Positions 51,204-63,450 of a DNA stretch of 64,000 nucleotides are shown here, one piece after another. The stretch spans positions 18,664,001-18,728,000 of the forward strand of contig CM075989.1 in the NCBI GenBank assembly GCA_038087875.1, in the 5' to 3' direction. A program made the position numbers and the translations under genes. Every line of letters begins with the position of its first letter. Positions within the stretch are counted from its first letter, which is position 1. The DNA comes from Malacoraja senta. Taxonomy: Eukaryota. Below the pieces are notes generated by a model. The model was not told where the DNA came from. It did no database searches and saw only the letters and a program-made list of their open reading frames with translations.

Positions 51204-51524
51204 CGGGATCATTGAGTAAGTCATCATCATGATGCTGTCCTCGACTTGTCCCTGGGTCCCAGAGTTGTGTTGGCTTCGCCTATTCCGGTTCTTCTGCTCG
51301 GCCAGTTCACGGGCGTCCTGGGTTAGACTCGAGATAAGCTCCAGGGACCAGGTTCCGGACAGTTCCTCCAGGCGACTCTCCAACGCGTCCATCTGCGACC
51401 TGAGGTTGCCGGACTGTAGGAAGAGGTAGACCAGGCCGCCACAGTTCAACAGGGTGACCAAGAGGGTGCCCGAGACCAGCACCTTGCCACCTACTGATCC
51501 GCCCTGGTCGCCCTGCAGAGTCAT
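51204..51524 (-). CDS. GLDN: GLDN exon 1: short cytoplasmic tail, type II transmembrane helix, coiled coil, furin site RNRR, ...MMMTYSMIP
   Basis: ATG in GGGATGA context; hydrophobic VLVSGTLLVTLLNCGGLVYLFL; CCG|gtgagt donor; 10 exons sum to 1611 nt (536 aa + stop). Confidence 0.9.
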
Positions 51525-51648
51525 CCCTCCTGCAGCCTCCAGGCAAGGAGATGGAAAGGGTGACCTGAACCCCAGGCTGCTGAAACCCTCTGAGCCGAGA
51601 GCTGATGAGCTCAACCAGTGCTTCTGGCCACGTTAGACTGGCACCTAC

Positions 51649-51807
51649 TTTATATGCAGCTGCGCGCTTTCTGGCCAGTGTCGTGCGGGTGGAGGCTGTG
51701 TCTGTGCTGAGTTGCAAGCACTTCATTCATCCCTGAGTCACAGGCATGCCATTCAGTGCCCAGAGCCTGGCCCACTCCCCATAGACTGCAGGGTGGGCAG
51801 CCCGCCC
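51649..51807 (-). promoter_or_regulatory. GLDN core/proximal promoter
   Basis: TATAAA on the minus strand (51649-51654) about 125 nt upstream of the ATG; perfect AP-1 site TGAGTCA (51734-51740); GC box CCCGCCC (51801-51807). Confidence 0.6.
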
Positions 51808-52403
51808 TCACTGGCCACTGATGTGCTGTACTTCACAACTGGGAGCGTTAAAGATTCTGCTTGCAGCAAACAGCTCCTCCAAGCATAATATTCCCAAGTG
51901 CCTTGCACTGCCTGCCTGCCTGCCTGCCTGTCTCCCTCATATTGTACTCTTGAGAAGATACTACAATAATCCCCTCAATGTTCTGTGGAACTGACCACAG
52001 CCATTTATTTCCCTGTTGAGATCTATTGCAAGTAAATCAAAATCCAGCAGATACTGTAGATAGAGATGCTGCCTGACCGTTGAGTTACTATCTTTGGTAT
52101 GTACCGGCATCTGCAGGTCAGGTCAGGCCGGGGGGGAGCTCCCGCCCCCCCCCCTCCCCGCCACGGGTACCATGTAATCCCGGGCTACCCGCTCCATGGC
52201 CGGACAGTCGGCGACTAAACCGTCTCCCCCACCTGGTTTGCCAGGTGAGGAGGGGGCTGTGGACCCCCAGCAGGACCAAAAACAAGACCTGTCAAAGGGC
52301 GGATGAGCTCCTAGCGAGCCAACGGCCATCCACACACCAGTAGAAGTTGCGATCACTGTCGTACACGGCATTGTAAGGCACCGTGCCCGTTGATGTTTTC
52401 AAC

Positions 52404-52441
<38 letters not shown>

Positions 52442-52450
52442 CGATGATGG

Positions 52451-52498
<48 letters not shown>

Positions 52499-52503
52499 CG
52501 ATG
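52404..52503. repeat. (GAT)n microsatellite, probably the 3' tail of an about 390-bp retroposed element starting near 52117
   Basis: About 33 triplets; flanking ca(t/c)ctgcag duplication at 52108-52116 and 52506-52514. Confidence 0.8.
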
Positions 52504-52729
52504 AACACCTGCAGTTCCTTTCTACACAACATACAGCAGATATTGGAAATCATCAATAAAAACTGAAAATGCTCTTTTTTTAATAACTTTCATCTCATCG
52601 TCATAGACTCATACAGCATGGAAACAGGCCCCAACAAGATGTCCCATTTAAGATAGCCCCATTTGCCCATGTTTGACCCACACCGCTATGAACCTTTTCT
52701 ATCCATTTATCTGTTCAAATGTATTTTAC

Positions 52730-53030
52730 ATTAGTTTAGTTTAGAGACAGGCCCTTCGGCCCACCGGGTCCGCGCTGACCAGCGATCCCCGCACACTCAC
52801 ACCATCCTACACACACTCGGGACAATTGACATTTACACCAAGCCAATTAACCTACAAACCTGCACGTCTTTGGAGTGTGAAAGGAAACCGAAGATCTCAG
52901 AGAAAACCCACGCAGGTCACGGGGAGAGCGTACAAACTCCGTACAGGCAGCGCCCGCAGTCAGGATCGAACCCGGGTCTCCGGCGCTGCAAGCGCTGTAA
53001 TGCAGCAACTCTACCGCTGCGCCACCATGT
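52730..53030 (-). mobile_element. V-SINE/HE1-like SINE nested in a CR1 fragment (about 52605-53490, minus)
   Basis: A/B boxes on the minus strand; CR1 sequence resumes on both sides. Confidence 0.75.
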
Positions 53031-53600
53031 CGTTATAGTACCCGCCTCAATTACTTCCTTTGGCAGCTCGTTCCATATACCCATGGAAAAAGTTGCTTCT
53101 CAGATTCCTATTAAATCTTTCCCCTCTCACCTTAAAGCTAAGTCGTCTAGTTCTTGATTCCCCATACCCAGACTGTGCATTCATCCTATCAATTCCTCTC
53201 ATGATCTTAAGCACCTGTATAAGATCACCCCTCAGCCTTCTGCACACCAAGGAACAGTCCTAGCCTGCCCAACCTCTCCCTATAGACCACCACCTTGAGT
53301 TCTGGCCATATCCTCATAAACCTTCTCTGCACTGGGCATGGTGACCAAAACGGAACACGGTACTCCAAGTGTGGCCTCACCAATATCTTGTACAACTGTA
53401 ACATAACATGCTAACCTCTATACCCGATCCCATGACTGATAAAGGCCAACGTGCGAAAAACCTTTGTCCACCAGCCTATGCTGCCACTAGCTCAAAGAAT
53501 TGCTTGTTACTAAAAGAAGCGTTGATATGGACCAGCGCCTTTCAATTCTTTAAATAATTAATAAAAATAATTAAAATAAAGTAATAATATATATTTTAGA

Positions 53601-53890
53601 GCGGCACGGTGGTGCAGCGGTGGAGTTGCTGCCTTCCAGTGCCAGAGACCCGGGTTTGAAACTTGACCACGGGTGCTGTCTGTACGGATTTTGTTCTCTC
53701 AGTGACCGTGTCAATTTTCTCCCAGCGCTCCACTTTCCTCCCACACGTGCAGATGTGTAAGATAATTGGCTTTGGTAAGTTGTAAAATTGTCCCTAGAAT
53801 CTGTAGGTTAGTGTCCAGGGTAATCACTGGTCGGTGCGGACTCGTTGCAGCGAAGGGCCTGTTTCCGCGTTGTATCTCTAAAATCTAAAG
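53601..53890 (+). mobile_element. V-SINE/HE1-like SINE
   Basis: GGCACGGTGGTGCAGCGG head; tail ctaaaatctaaa. Confidence 0.75.
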
Positions 53891-55694
53891 CCCAACCATT
53901 CATTTTACTCAAATATGAACCTTGAGTCTTCAATAGGTGTAATGATACATGGATGAAGGTTGTATATTAAGTTTATTTTTGAAAGGTATTTCTCGTGAAA
54001 CCATATGAAAGGAGGCTCCCTTAGTTGCTTAAACCCTATTTGAATGTAGCGGTGTGAATCTATACTGAGCAGGCTAAAGGTTAGGACTAGAGTTGGTACT
54101 TGTCGTAAGTAGACACAATATTATGTGCAGACTGGGATTTCTTGGTGAAAAATTCACCAGACTAAACTGTACAAGAAGCAGAAATATAATTGCATAGAGA
54201 TGTTAATGGATCTATCCTGAACTTTGTTCATAAAGATAAAGGAACACGCTATTATTCAACTAAAAAAAAATCAAAGCGTTTGATGACGGAGAAGGTTGGC
54301 AGTCCAAGGTAAAGCAACAGTCTGTCCTAAACCAAGGAGGAAATATTTGGTGTGTGTCTGAGGGTCACTCAGATATTGTTCCATTCAACATGGCATGTAA
54401 AGGCAATGCTGAAATGAAAACATCTCTTGAAAAGTAAATGAACTGAAATCCTGAAGTTGTGTTGAGGAGAGCCCTGGAGTATTAAGAGCCATACAGCACG
54501 GAAACTGGCCCTTCAGCCCAACTTGTCCGTGCTGGCCAAAAGACAGCATCTTTTGCACTCCCATCATTCCCTCTTCTCCCCTCTCCCGCCACGAAGAAGA
54601 TACCAAAGCTTGAAAGCACGTACCACCAGACATAGGAACAGCTTCTTCTGTCATCAGACCACTGAACGGTCCTTCCTTAAGCTAAGATATTGTCCGATTC
54701 ATCTCCACCCCGCTATGGACATTGGACGATGTCTATGGAACAGATGCATTACAATGCTGAGAACTATATTCTGCACTCCGTATCTCCCCCTTTGCTCTAC
54801 CAATTGTACTCGAGTTCGACTTGATTGTATTGACGAATAGTATATATGATATGTGATCAGTTTGAAGGAGGGTCGAAAACTATGCTGAATGTCTAAAACT
54901 CAAACAAAGATCATTTCACCTGCCATGTTCAGTGTGTTTAAAAGTACCTTAAACCATTTGAGGCAGGCTGAACCATATCCTTCATCTCGGTATCCCTGGT
55001 GTCATTATTTTAATCACCATTGAAATTAGATTCATATGCCATGTGGACATCTTTCTCTTTGTGATTCCATTCAATGAAAGGCAAGTTGGCTAACTGAATT
55101 ACAGGTTGGTACCGAGAGGGAGTGAAGTGCATTTGAACAATTGTGTCTTAAGGTGCAAATGAATGACATTCTTGCTTTGAAAAGAATGAAGTGCAATGGA
55201 GAAGCAATTAGTGTAATGAGAAGTGGCTCCGGCACCATGTTTGTGCCTTGAATGGGAAAATATCAAATGATACCTGGATGAAGAAAATCATAGGTGCTGA
55301 ACTCTGGGAGAGCACGGTGGCACAGCGGTAGAGTTGCTGCCTCACAGCGCCAGAGACCCGGGTTGGATCCTGACCACAGGTGCTGTCCGAAACAGTCTCG
55401 CTGTGACCACGTGGGTTTTCTCAGGGTGCTCTGGTTTCCTTTCGTATCTCTAAACTAAACTAAAGTAAACGGAACTCAAAAGATAATGTTGAAAGTTAAT
55501 ATAAATTATACTACATAAGCTCACTTCCCTTGCAGTCCTTTTCAGTTATCTGAAAAATAACAGTCTTTCTGCCTAGGGTAGACAAAAATGCTGGAGAAAT
55601 TCAGCGGGTGAGGCAGCATCTATGGAGCGAAGGAATATGCGACGTTTTGGGTCGAGACCCTTTCTCCCTGATGACTTTGTGAAACTGAACTGGG

Positions 55695-55930
55695 TTAACA
55701 CTGTCCTACACACACTAAGGACAATTTTTACATTTACCAAGCCAACTGACCTACAAACCTGTACGTTTTTGGAATGTGGGAGGAAACCGAAGATCTTGGA
55801 GAAAACCCACGCAGGTCACGGGGAGAATGTACAAACTCCGTACAGACAGCACACGTAAACGGGATCGAAGCCGGGTCTCTGGCGCTGCATTCACTGTAAG
55901 GCAGCAACTCTACCGCTGCGCCACCGTGAC
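55695..55930 (-). mobile_element. V-SINE/HE1-like SINE
   Basis: Reverse complement of SINE head and body. Confidence 0.7.
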
Positions 55931-56796
55931 CGCCCATGGCTGCGGCAAAGGAAATGCCTGATATTGATTCTCCTACCTCTGGAATGACCCATTCCCACGC
56001 CCTGAACCTTGTCACGTTGGTCTTCCCTAAAGTTAATCCCTGCAACCATCCTCTTTAATTTAATCCGAAACAATGCATCCAAACGCCCACGAAGGGAGTC
56101 AAAGATTACGGGAAGAAGGCAGGAGAATGGGGTTGAGAGGGAAAAATGGATCATCCATGACTGAGTAGACTAGATGGGCTGAATGGCCTAATTCTGCTCC
56201 TCTGTTCTCATGGTTTGCAAGTAGCACACTCTGTGAGATTTAGCACATGATTGTAGAGAGGCAAAAGTTGGTTTCTTTGGAATGGATCGAAGGAAACCTA
56301 TCGGACTTACATGTTGGAGTAACAGGGACAGAATGGATCAGAATGGTTTCCCAGACAACTAGGCTGCTCCACTCTGCCCCAGTGTGAAGCAGGTACATGT
56401 CCTCCATATACTGATCGAGCAGTGCGAACCCACCGGTGCAGTACAAAGCAAACCTCCTTCCATCAGCCCTGAACCCAGTGGGTTTCACGGTGGAGAGCTG
56501 TAAATAAGGAATAGTAGAATTAGGTCATTTGGCCCATCAAGTCTACTCCGCCATTCAATCATTGCTGATCTATCTCTCCCTCCTCACCCCATTCTCCTGC
56601 CTTCTCTCCATAACCTCTGACACCCATACTAATCAAGAATCTATCCTATCTCAGCCTTAAAATTAACCACTGACTTGGCCTCCAAAGCCTTCTGTGGCAA
56701 AGAATTCCAAGTGTAATGGTGTAACTCTTGGTTGGGTCATCCTGTGACTCGAGTTCATGCAATCTAGGACTAGCCAGAGTCTGGCCTTTTGTATCT

Positions 56797-56800
<4 letters not shown>

Positions 56801-56839
<39 letters not shown>

Positions 56840-56933
56840 GGGACAGAGAGAGAGAGAGATGGAGAGAGAGAGAGACAGACAGACAGACAGAGAGAGAGAG
56901 AAAGAGAGAGACAGACAGACAGACAGAGAGAGG

Positions 56934-56967
<34 letters not shown>

Positions 56968-56988
56968 GAGGGAGAGAGACACAGAGAG

Positions 56989-57046
<58 letters not shown>

Positions 57047-57047
57047 C

Positions 57048-57082
<35 letters not shown>

Positions 57083-57098
57083 CATAGAGAGAGACAGA

Positions 57099-57164
<66 letters not shown>

Positions 57165-57253
57165 GAGAGAGACAGAGAGAGAGAGAGACAGAGAGAGAGA
57201 CAGAGAGACAGAGAGACAGAGAGACAGAGAGACAGAGAGACAGAGAGACAGAG
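56801..57253. repeat. Compound (GA)n/(GAGACA)n microsatellite
   Basis: About 450 bp purine-rich simple repeat. Confidence 0.95.
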
Positions 57254-58054
57254 ATGAACTCACCATCTTCTGACTGCGAGGTGAGGCTGCTTCCTATTGA
57301 GTCAGAGACCACACAGCAGAATACTTTACCCTTTGGATTCCTTGCCAGCGTCGTTCAGGAATTGTTCAACAGTGGGTTGTTTTGCGATCATGAATACATG
57401 TTGAATAGGTCACTGCCCACACAGGCTGAAACCTTTCGTATATAGTCGCCTTGAGTCCAAAAGCTGCTTTGTATTATTTGCTAAAATAAATAAAAGTGCC
57501 ATTAATTGCGAAGCCCTTTCATGTTAAACTGTGAATAATCCACTGGTCTTGTGCTCGAGGAAGAATGCCTGGGAAGTTGGGGACCTTTGGCCTCTTGGAC
57601 TGTGAACTCTTGGCTTGAACGAGGATAAGAAAGGTTTGCAGGGATGTGGGCCAAAGGCGGGCAAATAAGTCTAGCTTAGATGGGGCACCTTGGAGGGCAT
57701 GGACGAGTTGGGCCGAAGGGCCTGTTTCCGTGCTGTGTGACTCTATGACACAAATCTCAACCGTGTTTGAAAGGCAGGAGAATGGGATTAGGAGGGAGAG
57801 ATAGATCAGCCATGATCGAATGGCGGAGTAGATGTGATGGGCGGGATGTCCTAATTCTACTCCTATCACTAATGATCTTATGATTAGCTGTCTTGTTGAC
57901 ATCTTCATAGATACAGCAACACCTGCACAAAAATATATTGCTTCTTGTAATAATAAAAATATATTACTTCCTAGAATGGAGAGTAAATGTGGAAAGGAGG
58001 TGCAAGGAACTGCAGATGCTGGAAACTTGAGCAAAACTCAAAGTCGGTCAGGTA

Positions 58055-58430
58055 GTTTAGTTTAGTTTAGAGAGACAGCGCGGAAACAGGCCCTTTCGGC
58101 CCACCGGGTCCACGCCGACCAGCGATCCCCGCACATTAACACTATCCTATACCCACTAGGGACACTTTTTACATTTACACCAAGCCAATTACATACCTAC
58201 ATACCTGCACGTCTTTGGAGTGTGGGAGGAAACTGACGATCTCGGAGAAAACCCTCGCAGGTCACGGGGAGAATGTAAAAATCCGTTCAGACAGCAAGGA
58301 ATGCTGTAGCTAAGAATACTGGAATGATGTAGGTTAAAGGGTGGAGTAATAATTATTTTTAACATAGTTAAGGATCAAACCCGGGTCTCCGGCCCTGCAT
58401 TCGCTGTAAGGCACAAACTCTACCGATGGA
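58055..58430 (-). mobile_element. V-SINE/HE1-like SINE with an internal insertion
   Basis: Matches the 52730-53030 copy; extra about 75 bp at about 58297-58371. Confidence 0.65.
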
Positions 58431-58675
58431 CAGGCGATGTTAGGGTGTCGGGACCCTTTTCCAGATCCGTCCGGAAAATCTAGAAGTAATTTCTCAATCT
58501 CTCATCTACACCTTGGTCACTTTCTTCATTGCCACTCCTCAGAGTCCCTGTGTGGTATGATTCACAACCTGCCCCTCTCCCAAGCATTGGCTCAGCGTAA
58601 ATCGCTGACAAGGATATTATCATCCTCGCACAGTGAATGTTCTGCATCTTCCCAGGTTCTTCCATTTCCTATATT

Positions 58676-59300
58676 AGAAACAGAGAAAATAGGTGCAGGA
58701 GTAGGCCATTCGGCCCTTCGAGCCAGCACTACCATTCAATATGATCATGGCTGATCATCCAAAGTCAGTACCCCATTCCTGCTTTCTCCCCATATCCCTT
58801 GATTCTGTTAGCCCTAAGAGCTATATCTAACCCTCTCTTGAATACATCCAGTGAATTGGTCTCCACTGCCTTCTGTGGCAAAGAAATCCACAGATTCACA
58901 ACTCTCTGGGTGAAAAGGATTTTCCTCATCTCAGTCCTAAATGGCCTACTCCTTATTCTTAAACTGTGACCCCTGATTCTGGACTCCCCCAACATCAGGA
59001 ATTTTTTTCCTGCATCTAGCCTGTCCAATCCCTTAAGAATTTTATATGTTTCTAAAAGATGCCCTCTCATCCTTCTAAATTCCAGTGAATATAAGTCCAG
59101 TCGATCCATTCATTCCTCATATGTCAGTCCAGCCATCCCAGGATTTAACCTGGTGAACCTACGCTGCATTCCCTCAATAGCAAGAATGTCTTTCCTCAAA
59201 TTAGGAGACCAAAACTGCACACAATACTCCAGGTGCTGTCTCACCAGGGCCCTGTATGACTGAAGTACGACCTCCTTGCTCCTAAACACAAATCCTTTTG
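58676..59300 (-). mobile_element. CR1-type LINE 3' fragment
   Basis: ORF track 58765-59109 (LYSLEFRRMRGHLLETYK...TQRVVNLWISLP). Confidence 0.88.
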
Positions 59301-60013
59301 CAATGAATATATTCTACCAAAGTTGTGATTCAGGCGACTGTACCTCCTTCCACCGTCAGTGACACACGTGTACACTCTGCAGCACCCGCACCACATCTTT
59401 CTGCAACCTGAACTTTGATGTCTTCCGTCTACCTTGGGCATGTGGCAATTCTTTAAACTCTTTCACTTGCCTGTGCCATTCGAGGCCACTGCTTTTGCTC
59501 CTGAAAACAAATGTCCTGAGTGCAACCAAAGGACCTCTTAGTTAAGGTTACCTTTTCACTCAGAGAGTAGTGCCAGAGGAAGTGGTGGAAGCGGGTACAA
59601 TTATGGCATTTTAATGACCCTTAGACCACAAGTTCATAGATAGATTATTTTGATTATACCTTTAATAATCCTTTGCAGGAAATTTCAATGCGACGACAGC
59701 TTCAAGACAGACATAACACCACAAATAGCTTCCATACTTAACAAGTTAAAATACAAGTTAAAATACAAGTTAAAATACAATTAATTAAAAAAAAGTGCAG
59801 TTATTTATGCGCATTATATAACCTTATAGCAGCTGGTAAACAGGACTTCCTATGTCTCTCCGTTTTGCACATTGGTGCAATCAGTCTCTGACTGAAGCTG
59901 CTGCTCTTGATCACCTTCAGGGCATGGAGTGGGTGAGTGGGGTTGGTCATTATAGAACCCCACGAATTACCCTAGACTAGCAGAATTAGGCCATTCGACC
60001 CATCGAGTAAATC

Positions 60014-60981
60014 AGGAGGAGGAGCCATCTTGGGGAACGGCTGCTAACCAGCAGCCGTCCGTTAAATTCACTTTTTTTCTTAGTTTTTAGTTTTTATTTC
60101 TTTGTCTGTTGGGGAATTTTGGCTTTTAATTTGGGGGGGTTAGGGGGAAACTATTTCTAGGTCCCTACCTGGTCGGTGAGGGGCTGCCCCGTCGACCCGT
60201 CCTTGCGGCCTACTAGCGGGCGTGGAGCGGCGTTTTCCTGGCGGGGACTGCCCAGCACCTTCAGCTTCGGTGGCGGCACAGCGCTGGAGCGCTATCGCGG
60301 AGCGGGTGATGCATTGCCTGGGTCGCCGCGCTGGATCGACGCGCTGGAGCTCCGGTGAGCTGCGACCGCCGAGCTCAACACCTCCGGGCTGCGGGACTGC
60401 GGAGCGGCCAGCCGCGGGCGGCGGCGCCGACTCCAACATCGTGAGCCTCTGAGCTCCAAATCGGCGCGGCCTTGTCGGCTTCAGGTGCCACGGACTCCGG
60501 TAGGAAATCGGCCGTTCCAGCCGCTGTGAGGACTTTCCCGACGCCGGGACAACTGCACCCGGCGAGAACGGCCAGGAACATCGGACCTCCGTAGAGGCAA
60601 CTGTGGAGGCCTCAATAGGCCTGACTTTGGGTGAACTGGGGTTGGGGACTGGACATTGTGCCTTCCCCCACAGTGGTAACCATTGTGGAGCGATGATTTT
60701 GTGTGTAATGTGTAGTGTCTATGTTAGTCTATGTCCAAGATGGCGGTCGGAAGGGAAAGTGGACGCTGGCGCGCTTTAGCAGCCGCTGCTCTCTGTTCCA
60801 TATTGTGTTTTTGATTTTTGTTTTTGGATTTAATTCTATCTTTAATTTGTGTACTGGTGATGTCTTTGCTATTTATTTCATTCCGCTTACATGTTTCTAC
60901 ACTATTTGTTAAACTTTGTAAGGTGTCCTTGAGACTTTTGAAAGGCCCCCATAAATAAAATCTATTATTATTATTATTATT
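60014..60981 (+). mobile_element. CpG-rich non-coding retroposed element with AATAAA and (TAT)n tail
   Basis: Interrupts a CR1 tail that resumes after 60981; no long ORF. Confidence 0.6.
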
Positions 60982-61292
60982 TTTCCACCATACAATTATG
61001 GCTGATCTATTTTTCCCTCTCAACCCCTGTATCCTGCCTTCTCCCCGTAATCTATGACAACCGTGCTAATCGAGAATCTATCAACCTCCGCTTTTAAAAA
61101 TACCCAATGCCTCCACAGACATCTGTGCCAATGAGATCCACAGATTCACCACCCTCTGGCTAAAGAAATTCCTCCTCATCTCCATTCTAAAGGTACATCC
61201 TTTTATTCTGAGACTGTGCCCTCTGGTTCTAGACTCTCCCATAGATATGTATGTGGGCTGGACGAGGTTGAAGGGAAATGAGATGGCATCCG

Positions 61293-61970
61293 CAATGAAT
61301 GAATGAATAAGTTTATTGGCCAAGTATGTACACATACAAGGAATTTGCCTTGGTGCTCCGCTCGCAAGTAACAACACGACATACAGTAAACCATTAGGAA
61401 CATAAAACATTAAAACATTATAGTTTAAACATGTGAATGAAATAAAATACCAGAGCAAAAGGAGGCTACAGACTTTTGGTTATTGAGTAGAGCTACTGCT
61501 CGTGGAAAAAAGCTGTTTTTATGTCTGGCTGTGGCGGCTTTGACAGTCCGGAGTCGCCTTCCAGAGGGGAGTGATGCAAAGAGTTTGTGGCCAGGGTGAG
61601 AGGGGTCAGAGATGATCTTGCCCGCTCGCTTCCTGGCCCTTGCAGTGTACAGTTCGTCAATGGAGGGAAGGTTGCAGCCAACATCCTTCTCAGCTGATCA
61701 AACGATTCGCTGCAGCCTCCGGATGTCGTGCTCGGTGGCTGAGCCAAACCAGACCATGATGGAGAAGGTGAGGACAGACTCTACGATGGCCGTGTAGAAT
61801 TGGACCATCATTGCCTGTGGCAGATTGTGTTTCTTCAGCTGCCGCAGGAAGTACGTCCTCTGTTGGGGATGATGGTTCCCAGGAACTCAAAGGACTCCAC
61901 AGATGTGACTGTGGTGTTGTTGATGGTGAGTGGGGAGAGGGGAGGGGGAGCTCTCCTAAAGTCTACTATC
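61293..61970 (-). mobile_element. Rex1/Babar-like LINE 3' fragment
   Basis: Frame reads YFLRQLKKHNLPQAMMVQFYTAIVESVLTFSIMVWFGS...SDPSHPGHKLFASLPSGRR...HKNSFFPRA; (ATTC)n tail. Confidence 0.75.
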
Positions 61971-63064
61971 GCTGGCCTAGCTGAGTTGACACCTTTGTAG
62001 GTATAGCCATGTTGGTCTAAATCACCTTTTTCCGTGCTAGATAGCTCCATGACTCTATTTCAAAACGTTAACAATAATTTTGCAACAATTTGAGAAATTA
62101 AGGAGGAGGCACAGTACTGAAATTAAAACTACATTGGAAATATTGTCAACAAATGACAACCATTAATAAGGTTTCTGCTTCTGTTTTCTGAAATTGGAAC
62201 GTGATATTTTTAAATCTTTTTAATTATTCTCCTTTCTTTAAACCAAGAATATAATTCCCTTTGATAGTCAGCGGGCAGGAACAGTCCATAATTTTTATCA
62301 GTTAAAACAAATGCATTTGCCAGTCCTAGTCAAAACAATCCATTGCTCCCTGTTGCGTTAGTTTGCTTGCATCCTGTGGCCTTAACGCACTCTGGGTCTG
62401 TCCATGTGCACAGAACATAGATCATAAAAAAGCACAGCACAAAAACAGGCCCTTCGGCCCGCAGTGTATGTGCAGAACATGATGCTAAGCTGAATGAATC
62501 TCCTCTGCCTGCAAGTGATCCATATCCCTCCATTCCCTGCAGATCCATGTGCCTATCTAAAAGCCTCTTAAACGCCTCCACCACCAATCCTGGCAGTGTG
62601 TTGCAGACTTTGTGTTTCAGACTTTGTGTAGAAAGGAACTGTAGATGCTGGTTTACAACAACGAAAGAGACAAAATGCTGGAGTAACTCAGCGGGTCAGG
62701 CAGCATCTCTGGAGAAAAGGGTCAGGACCCTTTCTTCAGACCTTTAAAGTATCCTTTAAACGTTGCCCCTCTCACCTTAAAGCTGTGCCCTCTAGTCTTT
62801 GACCTTTCTACTCTGGGAAAAAGGTTGTGGCTGTCTACACTATCTATGTAGTGAGGCAAATAAGTATGGAGGGAGCATAAAAGAGGAGTGGAAGCCTGAG
62901 GCCTTTATGTTGTGCTTGTCTAATGGAGACCATAGCCTCAAGTTAGGCTTTGCTGCAAAACACAAAGGTGAATTGAAGCTCTGGTGCGCAGGAACGCAAT
63001 AAATGGCAGCAGGAAAGGGGCAGAGAGCCCCTTGAGACTGCTCTCTCATTCAGTAAAATCCTGG

Positions 63065-63450
63065 CCTGTCTGACAGACCTTTATTCCTTGGAGTGCAGGA
63101 GGCTGAGGGGTGATCTTGTACAGGTGTATAACATCATGAGAGGAATAGTTAGGATGAATGCTCAGAGTTTCTCTCCCAGAATAGAGGATTTAAGAACTAG
63201 AGGGCATAGGTTTAATGTCAGAGGGGAAAGACTTCATAGGAATCTGAGGGGTAACTTTTTCACTCAGAGGGTGGTGGGTGTATGGAATGAGCTGCCAGAG
63301 GAGGCGGTTGAGGCAGATACAATAATAAAAGACGTAGAAAAGGTTTAGAGGGATATGAGCCAAATGTGGGCAGTGTAGATGGGGCATCTTGGCCGGCATG
63401 GGCAAGTTGGGCTGAAGGGCCTGGGCCTGTGCCCGTGCTGTGTGACTCTA
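63065..63450 (+). mobile_element. CR1-type LINE 3' fragment
   Basis: ORF track 63088-63348 (RRLRGDLVQVYNIMRG...FFTQRVVGVWNELP). Confidence 0.8.

Noticed and set aside
51525..51614. 30-codon N-terminal extension of GLDN suggested by the ORF track
   Set aside because: Starts at a TTG only about 35 nt from the TATA box; the first ATG at 51524 has good context and gives the expected short cytoplasmic tail.
52353..52556. Poly-isoleucine ORF resembling a membrane peptide
   Set aside because: Translation of the (GAT)n tail.
53601..53680. tRNA-like sequence with A and B boxes (also at about 31630, 55311 and others)
   Set aside because: Continues into a shared SINE body and tail, so these are SINE heads rather than tRNA genes.
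56646..57445. Long ORFs (SLSLSL / ERERER, up to 218 aa)
   Set aside because: Artefacts of the stop-free (GA)n/(GAGACA)n microsatellite.
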